DNA from: Octopus vulgaris
Taxonomy: Eukaryota
Reading direction: 5' to 3'
Length of the DNA stretch: 64,000 nucleotides
Assembly (NCBI GenBank): GCA_951406725.2
Contig: OX597834.1
Span: forward strand, 16,058,001 to 16,122,000
Part shown: positions 39,200-52,385 of the stretch, piece by piece
Layout of the letters: each line of letters opens with the position of its first letter
How positions within the stretch are numbered: the stretch's first letter is position 1
Translations under genes and position numbers: made by a program
The notes under the pieces: generated by a model
Database searches by the model: none
The model's input: the letters and a program-made list of their open reading frames with translations, nothing else
Told to the model about the DNA's origin: nothing

Positions 39200-39438
39200 C
39201 AGGGTTGGCCAAAAGTTACCCAGCAGTAAATCAAAATTCCATAAATACTTAATATTCAATTGTATTTATTCATTCCAATTATGTGTAATAATTGAATGCT
39301 GTGAGTTAAAAATCACTGTTTTTTTTTTCAACATTTCTCTATTTCTTAGCAAAGTTTCATATAAAAAAATTTTTTTTCTTTTAATCTTGCAATTAAATGG
39401 GTTTTGATTTACTGTCAGGTGACTTTTGGCCAACCCTG
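39200..39438. mobile_element. Tc1/mariner-type MITE
   Basis: TIR cagggttggccaaaagt..cagtaaatcaaaa mirrored at the right end; TA on the left flank. Confidence 0.85.
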
Positions 39439-39453
39439 TGTATATACACATAC

Positions 39454-39534
<81 letters not shown>

Positions 39535-41623
39535 TATATATATATACATATATAGGGGGAGAATTCACGAAAAAACAAAAGACAAAGACAGGTGGTGTAG
39601 AGAACAAACAGATGTATTAGTATAACGCTCAGGAATTGAAAAAGTATTTTACATTTTGAGCCTACGCTCTTCCACAGAAAGGAACACAGAAAGAAACAAG
39701 GAGAAGAGACGTATATACATATATAGATATAAACACATAGACGTATATACATATAGGTGTATATACATATATGAAGGCCATGCATCCATTTCAAAGTTTA
39801 TCTTAACATTTTTAAAACAACTCTATACTGTTTTCTCCCTCATCCTTCTCTAAATCCCTTTTCCTCCCTTTCACCATTTTCTATCTGTCTTTCTCCCTCC
39901 CCTCTTTCCCTTTTTCTGTCTCTCATTGCACACACGTCACCATCGTCCATCTTTCTTTGCCTCACATGGCCATCTCTCTTTCCTGCACGGACCTTCTAAG
40001 GACTGGACGTCTCCTATCTTTCTCTCTTCTATCTTTTCTCTTTCCAAAGAAAATATTTCCCTCAGCATTCACTATTTTCCCCTCGTTCAGGTCTAACGAC
40101 CAGCCATGTTTCTTTTCATTTGGTTTCCCTACATGTCTCCACTGTCCTGTTTTTGTTCCTAACTTTGATCCTCCATAAATCCAAAATTTTATTTTGGTAT
40201 TTATGGGAGCAACTGTCTTCGAAGGTTCAAAATGTCATTGATTGCTCGAAATAGGGAGTAGATAGACAGACGACAACTAATGAAGGGGCTTTCTTGATTT
40301 TATCTTGTTTTCCATTCTCTCGTTATTTGCAATTTAACTCATTTGCTTTCGTATTTCATGTTGTTTGCTGTTGGCGGTGTCCTGTACCCATATATATATA
40401 TGCATATGTATATTGTTTATATATACATATATATATTGTTTATATATACATATAGATGTATATATATATATATATATACACATATATATTGTTTATATAT
40501 ACATATAGATGTATATATATATATATATACACATATAGATGTGTATACATATATATATACATACATATAAGTGTATATACATATATACATACATATAAAT
40601 GTATATATAGATATATATATATACATACATACATACATATAGATATATATATACATATATACACACATACATATATATATACATATATGTACACATATAC
40701 ATATATATATACATATATGTACACATATACATATATATATACATATAAATGCACATATATATATATATATAGATAGATAGATATATACATATATGTATAC
40801 ACACTCATATATATATACATATATGCAAATCTATAAAAATGTACACACACACACAAGTGTGTGCGTGTCTGTGTGTGTGTAAATGTGTGAGAAAGGAAAC
40901 GATTGGACTGTTAAAATGAGTAGGTCCAGCAACTCTGTTGCAGGTTGCTCATTAGTTTGACAAATGTCTAGATTGATTGATTACTCATCTCAGATGATGA
41001 TGACGATGACGATGACGATGATGATGATGGCAGCAATCATCATGATGATGATGAAGATGATAATTAATGAGTTCCAAACTAATAGTTTCCCCCCTTTGAA
41101 AGAAACTTCAATTTGAAATCATCATCATCAATATTATACCTTTTTTTTTTTTCATTTATCCCCCCCCCCTCCTCATCCTGACATTGGTTAGAAATGGACA
41201 AGTTTATGTAGCACATCGTTTCTTCATAATTTACAGTTGTTAAAAGTTGACAGGTAAATTCTGTAAATGCCAATTTGTTTGCATTACGGTGGGTCCCCCT
41301 TCGCATTATATTTGCAGTGAATTTCAGTTCAGATTTGATGTTCTTCCAAATATTCCCCGGAAAGTCTATTTTGGAATCAAACTGGACTTGGTTTTGTTTT
41401 GTAGTCAACTTGACATCCTACTCCGCCACCCACTCAGTAACCAATCCAAGAATATCACAGATACAGGGGTTCTGAATTATATGAAGACCCCTGTGACAGG
41501 ATTTGGAAGATGGAAACTGAAAAAAGCCCATCATAGGCACAGGCTGGCAGAAAGGCAGTGAGCTGGCAGAATCATTAACATGCCAGTCAAAATGCTTAGC
41601 AGAATTTCATCCATCTTTACACT

Positions 41624-42460
41624 GAGTTCAAATTCTGCCATGGCAGGCTTAACCTTTCATCCTTTTGGGGCCAGTAAAACAAGTACCAGCTGAGCACGGG
41701 GGTCGATGTAATCAACTTTCCTGCCCCTAAAAGGGCTGACCTTGTGCCAAACTTTTAAAAACCATTATGAAATACATTTTCACTTTCATGATTTGAGGGA
41801 GATTTGGCTACTGCTTTTAGCGTATAAATCAACACCATAGGGGTTCCCCCACATACTGACAGTTGTAATAACTATAGAGGTGTGGGGAGAGGAGAGCATA
41901 GAGAGTTCAAATTCTGCCGTGGCAGGCTTAACCTTTCATCCTTTTGGGGTCAGTAAAACAAGTACCAGCTGAGCATGGGGGTCGGTGTAATCAACTTTCC
42001 TGCCCCCAAAAGTGCTGACCTTGTGCCAAAATTTTAAAAACCATCATGAAATGCATTTTCACTTTCATGATTTGAGGGAGATTTGGCTACTGCTTTTAGC
42101 ATATAAATCAACACCATAGGGGTTCCCCCACATACTGACAGTTGTAATAACTACAGAGGTGTGGGGAGAGGAGAGCATAGAGAGTTCAAATTCTGCCGTG
42201 GCAGGCTTAACCTTTCATCCTTTTGGGGCCAGTAAAACAAGTACCAGCTGAGCATGGGGGTCGATGTAATCAACTTTCCTGCCCCCAAAAGTGCTGACCT
42301 TGTGCCAAAATTTTAAAAACCATCATGAAATGCATTTTCACTTTCATGATTTGAGGGAGATTTGGCTACTGCTTTTAGCATATAAATCAACACCATAGGG
42401 GTTCCCCCACATACTGACAGTTGTAATAACTACAGAGGTGTGGGGAGAGGAGAGCAGAGA
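41624..42460. repeat. 279-bp tandem triplication including part of an old SINE and its flank
   Basis: gagttcaaattctgcc at 41624, 41903 and 42182; copies nearly identical. Confidence 0.93.
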
Positions 42461-42712
42461 GAGAGAGTGTCCCACAGCTGGCACCAGACCAAATGATATT
42501 AGTATAGCAATACTGGCCAAAATGGAAATTTAAAAGCTCGTTATGATATTTCTGAAATCAATCAACTTGTTAACATCGTTAGAAGACAGAGAAGGGGTGG
42601 GGGTCCTTTGCATTCCTATTATTGTATTCTGATATATTTCTTTTATTTTTGTTATTTTTATAATTTCAAACATTTGAATGATTAAGAAGTCTTTCCTATT
42701 CCACTCCCCAAG

Positions 42713-42746
<34 letters not shown>

Positions 42747-43057
42747 GAATGAAAATATATATATATATATATATATATACACAGGAGTGGCTGTGTGGTA
42801 AGTAGCTTGCTAACCAACCACATTGTTCCGGGTTCAGTCCCACTGCGTGGCATCTTGGGCAAGTGTCTTCTGTTATAGCCCCAGGCCGACCATTGCCTTG
42901 TGAGTGGATTTGGTAGACGGAAACTGAAAGAAGCCTGTCGTATATATGTGTGTATATATATATATGTATGTGTGTGTGTTTGTGTGTCTGTGTTTGTCCC
43001 CCTAGCATTGCTTGACAACCGATGCTGGTGTGTTTACGTCCCCGTCACTTAGCGGTT

Positions 43058-43368
43058 GAGGCGCAATGGCCCAGTGGTTAGGGCAGTGGATTCGTGGTCG
43101 GAGGATCGCGGTTTCATTTCCCAGACCGAGCGTTGTCAGTGTTTATTGTGCGAAAACACCTAAAGCTCCACGAGGCTCCGGCAGGGGTCGGTGGCGAACC
43201 CTGCTGTACTCTTTCGCCACAACTTTCTCTCACTCTTTCTTCTGTTGGCCAGTTCGCTTAGCCAGCGGGGTGGCGTCATTTGAAGGCTAAGACAATGCGA
43301 AGTGCATTGTGACCAGCGATGTGTAACAACATCTGATAGCCTGGTTGGTCACAGTGATCACGGTGATA
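43058..43368 (+). mobile_element. tRNA-derived SINE of a distinct family, abutting a truncated CORE-like SINE (42780-43057)
   Basis: A box tggcccagtggttagg, degenerate B box ggtttcatttcc, (cacggtgat)-like tail repeats. Confidence 0.75.
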
Positions 43369-44078
43369 TATATATAATAGAGAGAGAGAGAGAGATAGAT
43401 ACTTACAACACACATACACACACAAACTTCTCGCCAAGATACACTGTGATGCAGAATTAATTAATTAATATCTGTTAAATATCCTGAAACTAATATATAT
43501 ATACCAACCAACACACACATACAAATACATAAAATTTACACACATACACACACAAATAACCGCACAAAAATATACACCAATATAGACACACATAAAAATA
43601 TACACGTATACACACTCCACACACACACAAACTAGAGCATTCATAAGAGTCTGCTCAGAACACATTAGGTCCCAGGATGAAGATGATGAAGGAACAACAA
43701 CTGATCTAGCACGGCCTCAAAACAGAAACCACAAAGGCACTAAAAAAAAAGCATATGTGAAAATGATGGTGGTGGCAGTGGTAGTAGTGGTGAAGACGAC
43801 GACGATGATGATGATGATGGTTGTTGTTGTTGTTAAGCAACAAGATGGGTATGGGTGATTGGGTGATGGTCTAGGGTTTAGGGGCAGGAGACCCCAGACC
43901 TTAGCAAAAAAAAAAAAACTTTGGTTGTCTTGTTGTGGTCGAGGGCTCTTCGTTGATGCCCGACACCCATAGGAGGTGACCCTCGAAGTCGCTGGAAATG
44001 GAGATCTCCAGGTCCAAATTCTTGAACGGCTACTGCTGGTGATGATGGTGATGATGATGATGGTAATGATGATGATCA

Positions 44079-44306
44079 TGCTGGCAGAAATGTTAGCACG
44101 CCGGGCGAAATGCATAGCCGTATTTCGTCTGTTGTTACGTTGTGAGTTCAAATTCCACCAAGGTCGACTTTGCCGTTCATCCTTTCGGGGTCGATAAATT
44201 TAAGTACCAGTTATGCACTGGGGTCGATGTACTCGACTTAATACCTATGTCTGTCCTTGTTTGTCCCCTCTATGTTTAGCCCCTTGTAGGTAATAAAGAA
44301 ATAGGT
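44079..44306 (+). mobile_element. Meta-domain-like SINE monomer
   Basis: Head and body; ggtaatgat on both flanks within a (GAT)n tract. Confidence 0.85.
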
Positions 44307-44319
44307 AATGATGGTGATG

Positions 44320-44351
<32 letters not shown>

Positions 44352-45205
44352 GCTACACATCCACAAACACATGTGTTTGTAGCTTACTGGATATGAGCAT
44401 TTCTGAAACAAATCTTTCTAGTCTGAAGACACTTGATGACAATCTCAAATCAAAACAAAACCAGAACATTTGCGAAGTAGACGTAAATATTTTACAAAAC
44501 AACAGAGGAAGAAGAAAACAAACAAAAAAAAAAACACACACACACACACAAATAAGAAAAAGAAATGTTTTTGTCTTTAAAATTGAGGTTAATAGTTTGG
44601 TATAATGATAATCTGATTAGCAAACATTTAGATATTTAATTTAATCCGTTGTTTTTCAAAAACGACATGTATGTCGTCTATCAGTAGAGAACACATTGTT
44701 GATGAGAACGGAAAATAAATCTTTAGCTATTGACAACATGTGTGTGTGTGTGTGTCTGTGTGCGTGTACAAATACTTCATGGTATGTGCGGATATAGGCA
44801 CATGTCTGCATGTACGCACACATATACATACAAACAAACACACATATCATCATCATCGTTTAACATCTGCTTTCCATGCTAGCATGGGTTGGACGGTTCA
44901 ACTGGGGGTCTGGGAAGCCAGGAGGCTGCACCAGGCTCTAGTCTGATCTGGCAGTGTTTCTACAGCTGGATGCCCTTCCTAATGCCAATCACTCCGTGAG
45001 TGTAGTAGGTGCTTTTTACGTGCCACCGGCACAGGTGCCAGACGAGGCTGGCAAACGGCCATGATCGGATGGTGCTTTTTACGTGCCACCATGCAAGATT
45101 GCTCGAGTTTAAAACAAGAATTTGTTTTTGTTATCTACATTCCAATGAGGGAGCTTTCTCTCTTTGTTAGAAACCAGCTCCTTCCTTACAGAAAAATCTC
45201 AAATT

Positions 45206-45720
45206 CTGTAAATCCTCGAGTATAGCCCGCCCTTGAGTATAATACGCAGGGGATTTTTAGGGGGCTGTACCTCTGAAATACCTAAACCTTGTGTATAATA
45301 CGCACCCCTTCTCTAACTTGAGTCAAGAAGGTCTATATAAACGTCCTTGGTTTATAAAAATGTATAAGGTAACATCCGTTATTATTATTGTATATATAAC
45401 ATAATGCAAACGTGTAGCTTTTTTGTACATTTTGTTCGCAGAAAATAAAGAAATAGCAGCAATAATGTTTAATAAATGTTGCTTACTGCAAGTTATATGT
45501 GATTCTTTTATGACTTCATTGCTTTCAGGCTTAGCTTAAGGTATTTTCGCCCCCGACATCACAAAATGCGTCTGAATAAACATTGCCAGATAGCAAAATA
45601 GAGACTCGGACATTGCTTAGAAAATAATTTTCATTTTTAACCTCGTATATAGTACTCACTAGGGATTTTGACCTTGAAATTTTGGGGGGAAAAATGCAGA
45701 TTAAACTCGAGGATTTACAG
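45206..45720. mobile_element. pogo/Tigger-like MITE
   Basis: 16-bp perfect TIR ctgtaaatcctcgagt / actcgaggatttacag; right flank TA; subterminal gtataatacgca repeats. Confidence 0.82.
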
Positions 45721-46102
45721 TATTTAAAAATAGAAAACAACACACACACACACTAATAATAGTCGGTGCACACAGTTTTGTAAGTGCCCAAGTTACAATT
45801 CTTAAAAAAAACGGTTTTCTGGAAGTCAACCAACTAATCTGCATATTACAAATACCACGCGTTAAGTGGAACAGTTAAGAACCGCAAGATTTTGCTTAAG
45901 TTTAAAATGTGAATTGCGTTTTTGCCATCTGCAATGCTGGAGCAATGCATCTTTGTTAGAATGTGTGTGCATGTGTGCTTGTGTGTGTGTGTGTGTGTGT
46001 GTGTGCTTGACTGTGTGTGCTTGACTGTGTGTGCATGTGTCTCTTTGTCTTGACATTGAATGACAGTTGTAAACTGGTTGTTACAGTTAAATTCTTTTTA
46101 TA

Positions 46103-46340
46103 CAGGGTGGCCACCCAAAAGTAGGTTTACAGTTATTCAACCATCTCTTTCGCATTCATATATTAACAGTTTAGGTCTTAATTATAAAAAAATTATGAAA
46201 CCATTATTCTATGCAAATTTAGTTAATTTTGTCAAGCTCCCTTTTCAGTTTGTAAGATGGAAATTTAAATGTAATAAAATGTTTTAAAAGAAATTTGAAG
46301 TACCTATGTGATAACTGTAAACCTACTTTTGGGCTACCCT
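46103..46340. mobile_element. Tc1/mariner-type MITE
   Basis: cccaaaagtaggtttacagttat / ataactgtaaacctacttttggg perfect inverted repeats. Confidence 0.85.
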
Positions 46341-46479
46341 AAATATAACACAACATAAGGGTGGACAATTAGCCTGTTGATGATGTTTATTGAGGCAGAA
46401 ACAAGTGTCCATTGCTGTTCTCTTATCTCTGGACAATGAACCTGTCTTTTTCCTTTGTTCTAAGTCAACTTGAACACTT

Positions 46480-46749
46480 TGCTTGGAACCGACAAACCTG
46501 ATACTCCCTCTGCGACGAAGAAGCAGTACAGTTTGAACAAATCTGATGTGAGAAACTTGAGCAAAAGCTACATCAATGTCATCTCAGCTTCACCAACAGC
46601 ATAATGGGAACTTCCCATGACGTGCATGTTCAAGGACATGCCGTTCCAGGATTGGACTGTTCTCACACCAATCAACTCACAAAATGTAGGACATGACTCC
46701 TAGAGGACAACGTCATCAACGCTGATGGACAACTATAAGCTAAGCTAAG
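46480..46749 (+). mobile_element. Decayed RTE-BovB-like LINE 3' end
   Basis: FP*RACSRTCRSRIGLFSHQSTH Zn-finger relic; short UTR; (TAAGC)n tail. Confidence 0.75.
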
Positions 46750-47064
46750 TATGTCAACTTTGGAGAATTCTTGAGTCATGAGATGGCCTCTCCTCCTCAT
46801 TTTCCACTGGTCTCATTTTGTAGTTGTGGCACATCCTTGAAAGGTGGAGGTAATTTTAACGAATCAAGAATTTTTATGTTGTATGGTATTTGGTACACCC
46901 ATATTTGTCTATGCTGTTCAGTTACAAGCCGCTGGCCATTCTGAGTTATTTCTCTAAGCTCATGTATATAACTATATCTGTATGTATGTGTGTGTACATA
47001 TATGTATATCTATGTTTTCATGTTTCTATGCATAATTGTGTGTGTGTATATACATAAATGCATG

Positions 47065-47117
<53 letters not shown>

Positions 47118-47160
47118 ATATGCACACATATGTGTGTGTGTGTGTATGTGTGTGTATGTA

Positions 47161-47200
<40 letters not shown>

Positions 47201-47222
47201 TACATCAAGGTATACATGTGTG

Positions 47223-47270
<48 letters not shown>

Positions 47271-47286
47271 TATATATGTATTTATT

Positions 47287-47318
<32 letters not shown>

Positions 47319-47326
47319 TATATATG

Positions 47327-47368
<42 letters not shown>

Positions 47369-48320
47369 TATATATATATGGATATATGTATGTACCTGTG
47401 TGTATAATATATTTATGCATCTCTCAGCCTCTGTATTAGCAAATGTATCACAAAGTAGAGTTTATAAGCCTTCAGCTATAAAAGTTTATAAACAGATGTG
47501 AATGCACTGTGTTGTTGCTGGTGTTGTTGTTGTTGCGTTCTCTGTACACCAAACACTGACGGTTATCTTGACATGTCAAAGTTCGTTCACCAATAATCAG
47601 AGGACACGTACACATACGCCTGCCCACAAAAAAAAAAAAACACCAGCTAATAGCAAATAGCTACAGTTCTTTAAGCTAGAACTTAGCTTAACCGATTTAC
47701 ATACTGTACATTTGCTAGTGCAGTATAATTAAGCAATTAATAAATATTTATGCAAAATACGGCATTGATTAGAAAATCTTAAGATAAATTTTTGATGATC
47801 ATTAGTACAGATGATTGGAGAATGAAAGAGAAAGAAAAAATCTTTTTCCATAAAATGCGCTACAAAATACTAAACTGCATCACCTGGCCCAGGAATTGAA
47901 ACAGTAATCTCTCAATGATGAGTTCAACACACTAACCACTGAGCAACGTGCCACCGCATGTAAGTATGTATGTATGTATATTTGTATATATTTATGTAAA
48001 TTATAAATTAGGCATTTTAAATTTGACCAGACCCGGTGCCTTACCATTTAAGTGCCTGGTTCACTTAACCTCAATCTTTTGTATATATTTATGTATATAT
48101 GCATATATATGTGTGTGTGTGTGTGTGTCATCGTCGTCATTTAATGTCTGCTTTCCATGCTGGCATGGGTTGGACGGTTTGACTGGGGTCTGGGAAGCCA
48201 GAAGGCTGCACCAGGCTCCAGTCTGATCTGGTAGAGTTTCTACAGCTGGATGCCCTTCCTAACGCCAACCACTCCGAGAGTGTAGTGGGTGCTTTTTACA
48301 TATATGTATAAATATATATG

Positions 48321-48351
<31 letters not shown>

Positions 48352-48489
48352 GTGAGAGGTAGGCATCTATATACCATAGTTAAAACAGATACATCATATG
48401 AAACCTAATTATCTTGATTGTGGCCATTAATTAGGCTTTACATGGTGTGTGCCACACCTCAGTGGACAGTGAGCAATGAATATGGACCA

Positions 48490-48930
48490 CAAAATCAGAG
48501 AAAATTGTCAATGAACACTACCTGGGGGTTCTTTGTTGCCTTCATGAAGCTGTGCTAGTGAAAACGACCTGACCTGTGGGCAGCAAAGAACTAGCAACTC
48601 CACCATGACAATATACCCCCTCATTCTGCCCACGTCGTCCAAATAGTCCTCGTCAAGCAAAACACAACCACTTGTTTGTCAGTCTTCCTACTCCCCAGAC
48701 TTGGTTCCGTGTAACTTTTTGCTATTCCCAAAGAGAGAAGATTTGAGTCAACAGAGGACATTAAGCAAAATTCAACAGCACGGCTCTACAGCATCCCAAA
48801 ATGTGATTTCCAGAAATGTTTCCATCAATGGCAGGAACGCTGGCAAAAGTGTGTCGATCCCCAAGGATCAAAATGGTGAGTTTTTTTAATATTACTATGT
48901 TTTTGGGCCAATGGTCAGATTCTTTTAGAC
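48490..48930 (+). mobile_element. mariner transposase pseudogene fragment
   Basis: LHHDNIPPHSA...YSPDLVPCNFLLFPK...CFHQWQERWQKCV. Confidence 0.85.
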
Positions 48931-48957
48931 TACATCTCATATATATTTATATATATA

Positions 48958-49350
48958 TAGGCGCATGAGTGGCCGTGTAGTAAGTAGCTTGTTTACGAAC
49001 CACATGGTTCCGGGTTCAGTCCCACTGCCTGAGACCTTGGGCAAGGGTCTTCTGCTAAAGCCTCGGGCCGACCAAAGCCTTGTGAGTGGATTTGGTAGAC
49101 GGAAACTGAAAGAAGCCCGTCGTATATATGTATATATATATGTGTATGTTTGTGTGTCTGTGTTTGTCCCCCTAGCATTGCTTGACAACCGATGCTGGTG
49201 TGTTTATGTCCCCGTCACTTAGCGGTTCAGCAAAAGAGACCGATAGAATAAGTTCTGGGCTTACAAAGAATAAGTGCCGGGGTTCAGTTGCTCGATTAAA
49301 GGCGGTGCTCCAGCATGGCCACAGTCAAATGACTGAAACAAGTAAAAGAG
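48958..49350 (+). mobile_element. Full-length tRNA/CORE-like composite SINE
   Basis: A/B boxes, ccttgggcaag block, internal microsatellite and gtaaaagag tail. Confidence 0.85.
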
Positions 49351-50361
49351 TTATATATATATATATATATATATATATTCAGAAGCAGAGAGAGTGGCAG
49401 AGAGAGACAGACACACTAAACACAGATTGAGATAGAGACAGAAAGAGTGAGAGAGAGAGAGAGAGAGACGGAGAAAGAAAGACCCAGTTACAGAGAAAGG
49501 CATACAGTCACAGAGAGAGAGAGAGAGAGAGCCAGAGAGACTGGTTATTGCTGACTGACCATAATTTCTTTCCAAACCCCTCCAGCTATAGACAGACATA
49601 AGGTCACAGTCAAATTTGTCTTCCTCCAGCATCTCGAAGATCTATTTCAAATGACATCCATTTCCTTCAGCGCATAAACAATATTTGGTGCTGTTCATAT
49701 TCCTCACCTAGTTACAACTCATCTGCTTCTTTTTTTTTTTTTTACCATGCCAACTTACCGTTTTTCTACTTCTTGTATCTAATTTCCATTCCATCAATTC
49801 ATAATTTTCCTTTGCTATTTTCATTTCTTATTTCTTCGTCTCTTTCTTGCCTTCCTATGCTAGTGGGCAATGATTTTTTATTTTATTTCGGTATTTTGTT
49901 TCGGGTTTTTCATTTTTGTTCTAGATTGCTTTTTTTTTCCCCACCCCACCTTATTTTGCTATTTCCATGGGGGAAAAGGGGTTGCGTGTTCTTCTTTTCT
50001 TCCTCCTCTATCTTAATCATTTCCCACCACAACCCCTCATTCTAAATTTGTATATTTCTACATAATTTCTTTAATACACACACACACACACACACAACAC
50101 CATACCACACCACACCATACACACACCACACATGAATACAAATATGACATACAAACATACTTATATATGTACATATATACATGTTGCCATGTAGTAGCAC
50201 CTGTGAAACACCATGTAGACGTGCCCAGCACAGTTTGTAAAGTGGTTGGCATTAGGAAGGGCATCCAGCCATAGAAACGATGTCAGACCAAATGATGTCC
50301 AACCCATGCCAGCATAAACAACAGACATTAAACAATGATGATGATATACATAAATGCATTC

Positions 50362-50900
50362 ATCATCATCGTTTAACGTCCGTTTTCCGCGCTAGCACTG
50401 GTTGGACGGTTCGACTGGGGTCTGGGAAGCCAGGGCTGCACCAGGCTCCAGTCTGATCTAGCAGTGTTTCTACAGCTGGATGCCCTTCCTAACGCAAACC
50501 ACTCCGTGAGTGTAGTGGGTGCTTTTTACATGCCACTGGCACAGGTGCCAGACAAGGCTGACAAACGGCAACGATCGGATGGTGCTTTTTACGTGCCACC
50601 AGCACGGGGGCCAGCTAAGGCGGCGCTGGCATCGGCCAAATTCGGATGGTGCTTTTTATGTGCCACCGGCACAGAAGCCAGTCGAGGTGGCGCTGGCATC
50701 GGCCAAATTCGGATGGTGCTTTTTATGTGCCACCGGCACAGAAGCCAGTCGAGGTGGCGCTGGCATCGGCCATGTTCGGATGGTGCTTTTTATGTGCCAC
50801 CGGCACAGAAGCCAGTCGAGGCAGCGCTGGCAACGGTCATGTTCAGATGGTGCTTTTTATGTGCCACCAGCACAGGTATCACAACTACTATTTCCATTGA
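50362..50900 (-). mobile_element. (GAT)n-tailed SINE-like element with an expanded 67-bp internal array
   Basis: c(g/a)gatggtgcttttt at 50576, 50643, 50710, 50777 and 50844. Confidence 0.88.
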
Positions 50901-50976
50901 TATATATGTATTAATAGAAACAGTATGACAACAGAAGAATAAATGAGACCTCAATATTATGTAAATAGAGGAAATT

Positions 50977-51219
50977 TATCTGTAAAAATAATATGTGACA
51001 ATTATTCGGTTGCCATAATAAAAGTCCGAGTTTCGGATGTTGAGGCGGAAATCTGCTCCGCCATCTCGTCAGTGAATTAGTTCTGGAGATGATATGATCT
51101 TGAAGACATTGCGGAAATCTGTTATAACTGACGAGATGCTGGAGCAGATTTCTGCCCCGACATCCGAAACTCAGAGTTTTATTAGGGCAGCCAAATAATT
51201 GTCACATATTTTATTACAG

Positions 51220-51222
<3 letters not shown>
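50977..51222. mobile_element. Penelope-like inverted duplication with a hammerhead-like motif in each arm
   Basis: Arms ~50977-51074 and ~51126-51222; CTGACGA-gatg..catc-c-GAAA-ctc on both strands. Confidence 0.65.
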
Positions 51223-51256
<34 letters not shown>

Positions 51257-51409
51257 TCCCTATAACTTAGCAGTTCGGCAAAACAGACCGATAGAATAAG
51301 TACTAGGCTTACAAACAATAAGTCCTGGGGTCGATTTGCTCGACTAAAGGCAGTGCTCCAGCATGGCCACAGTCAAATGACTGAAACAAGTAAAAAAGTA
51401 AATGAACAT

Positions 51410-51502
<93 letters not shown>

Positions 51503-52036
51503 CATATATATATCGGTGCCCCAGCATGGCCTCAGCCGGATGGCTGAAACAAGTAAAAGAGTAAAAGAGTATATATATATTTACATATATATATATATAT
51601 GTGTGTGTGTGTATGTATATATATACATCTTAGACTAATTAATAACATCTACAGAGAAATAAAAATGAAAATATATTAAAAAAGAAATTAATGTTAATTA
51701 AATGCCTGAATGAGTAGCCGTTGCTAATTAAGGTTGTAATTGTTCAAGACTACTGGCCTCATCATCCATCTATTGGCGCTACGTTGCAATCGTTTTGATT
51801 CCCCATCAGTGTTTATATGTCTTATGTGTTTTTAAAGTGATTCATTTTATTATTTTTAATGGTTTCCAGCTTTAGTCAATGGATTGCGGCAATGCTGGAG
51901 CATCTCCTTCGAGGAGGATTTTGGATTTTCTTTGTGTGTTGTTCGGTTTTTTTGTGGGTTTTTTTGTGTTTTTTTGCTTTTTTTTTCTCTCTCTCTTGCT
52001 CTTTCAAGTTGATTATAAAGACACCCACAGCCCACA

Positions 52037-52385
52037 GTGGGGAAGGATAAGGAGGGGGAGAGAAGAAGAAGAAGAAAGAAGAAGCGGGGAAGGATGAGGA
52101 GGGGAGAGAAGAAGTGGGGAAGGATGAGGAGGGGAGAGAAGAAGAAGAAGAGGCAGGGAAGGATGAGGAGGGGAGAGAAGAAGAAGAAGAAGAGGCAGGG
52201 AAGGATGAGGAGGGGAGAGAAGTAGAGGTGGGGAAGGATGAGGAGGGGAGAGAAGAAGAAGAAAAGGCGGGGAAGGATGAGGAGGGGGAGAGAAGAAGAA
52301 GAGGCGGGGAAGGATGGGGAGGGGAGAGAAGAAGAAGAAGAGGCGGGGAAGGATGAGGAGGGGGAGAGAAGAAGAAGGAGAAGAT
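52037..52385. repeat. Polypurine minisatellite (~30-39-bp units)
   Basis: About 10 units of ggggaaggatgaggaggggaga(gaa)n. Confidence 0.9.

Noticed and set aside
39555-39710. Hammerhead-like remnant in a Penelope-like fragment (related piece at 61100-61200)
   Set aside because: Both core segments are mutated and the stems cannot be completed
41079-41561. Overlapping 66-109-aa ORFs in unique sequence
   Set aside because: No recognisable motif and no convincing splice-site pair; may be non-coding
43058-43130. tRNA-like sequence
   Set aside because: Degenerate B box and continuation into a SINE body and tail; a SINE head, not a tRNA gene
50464-50928. 154-aa ORF MFLQLDALPNANHSVSVVGAFY..., recurring at several loci
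   Set aside because: Antisense reading of a high-copy SINE-like repeat, not a gene family
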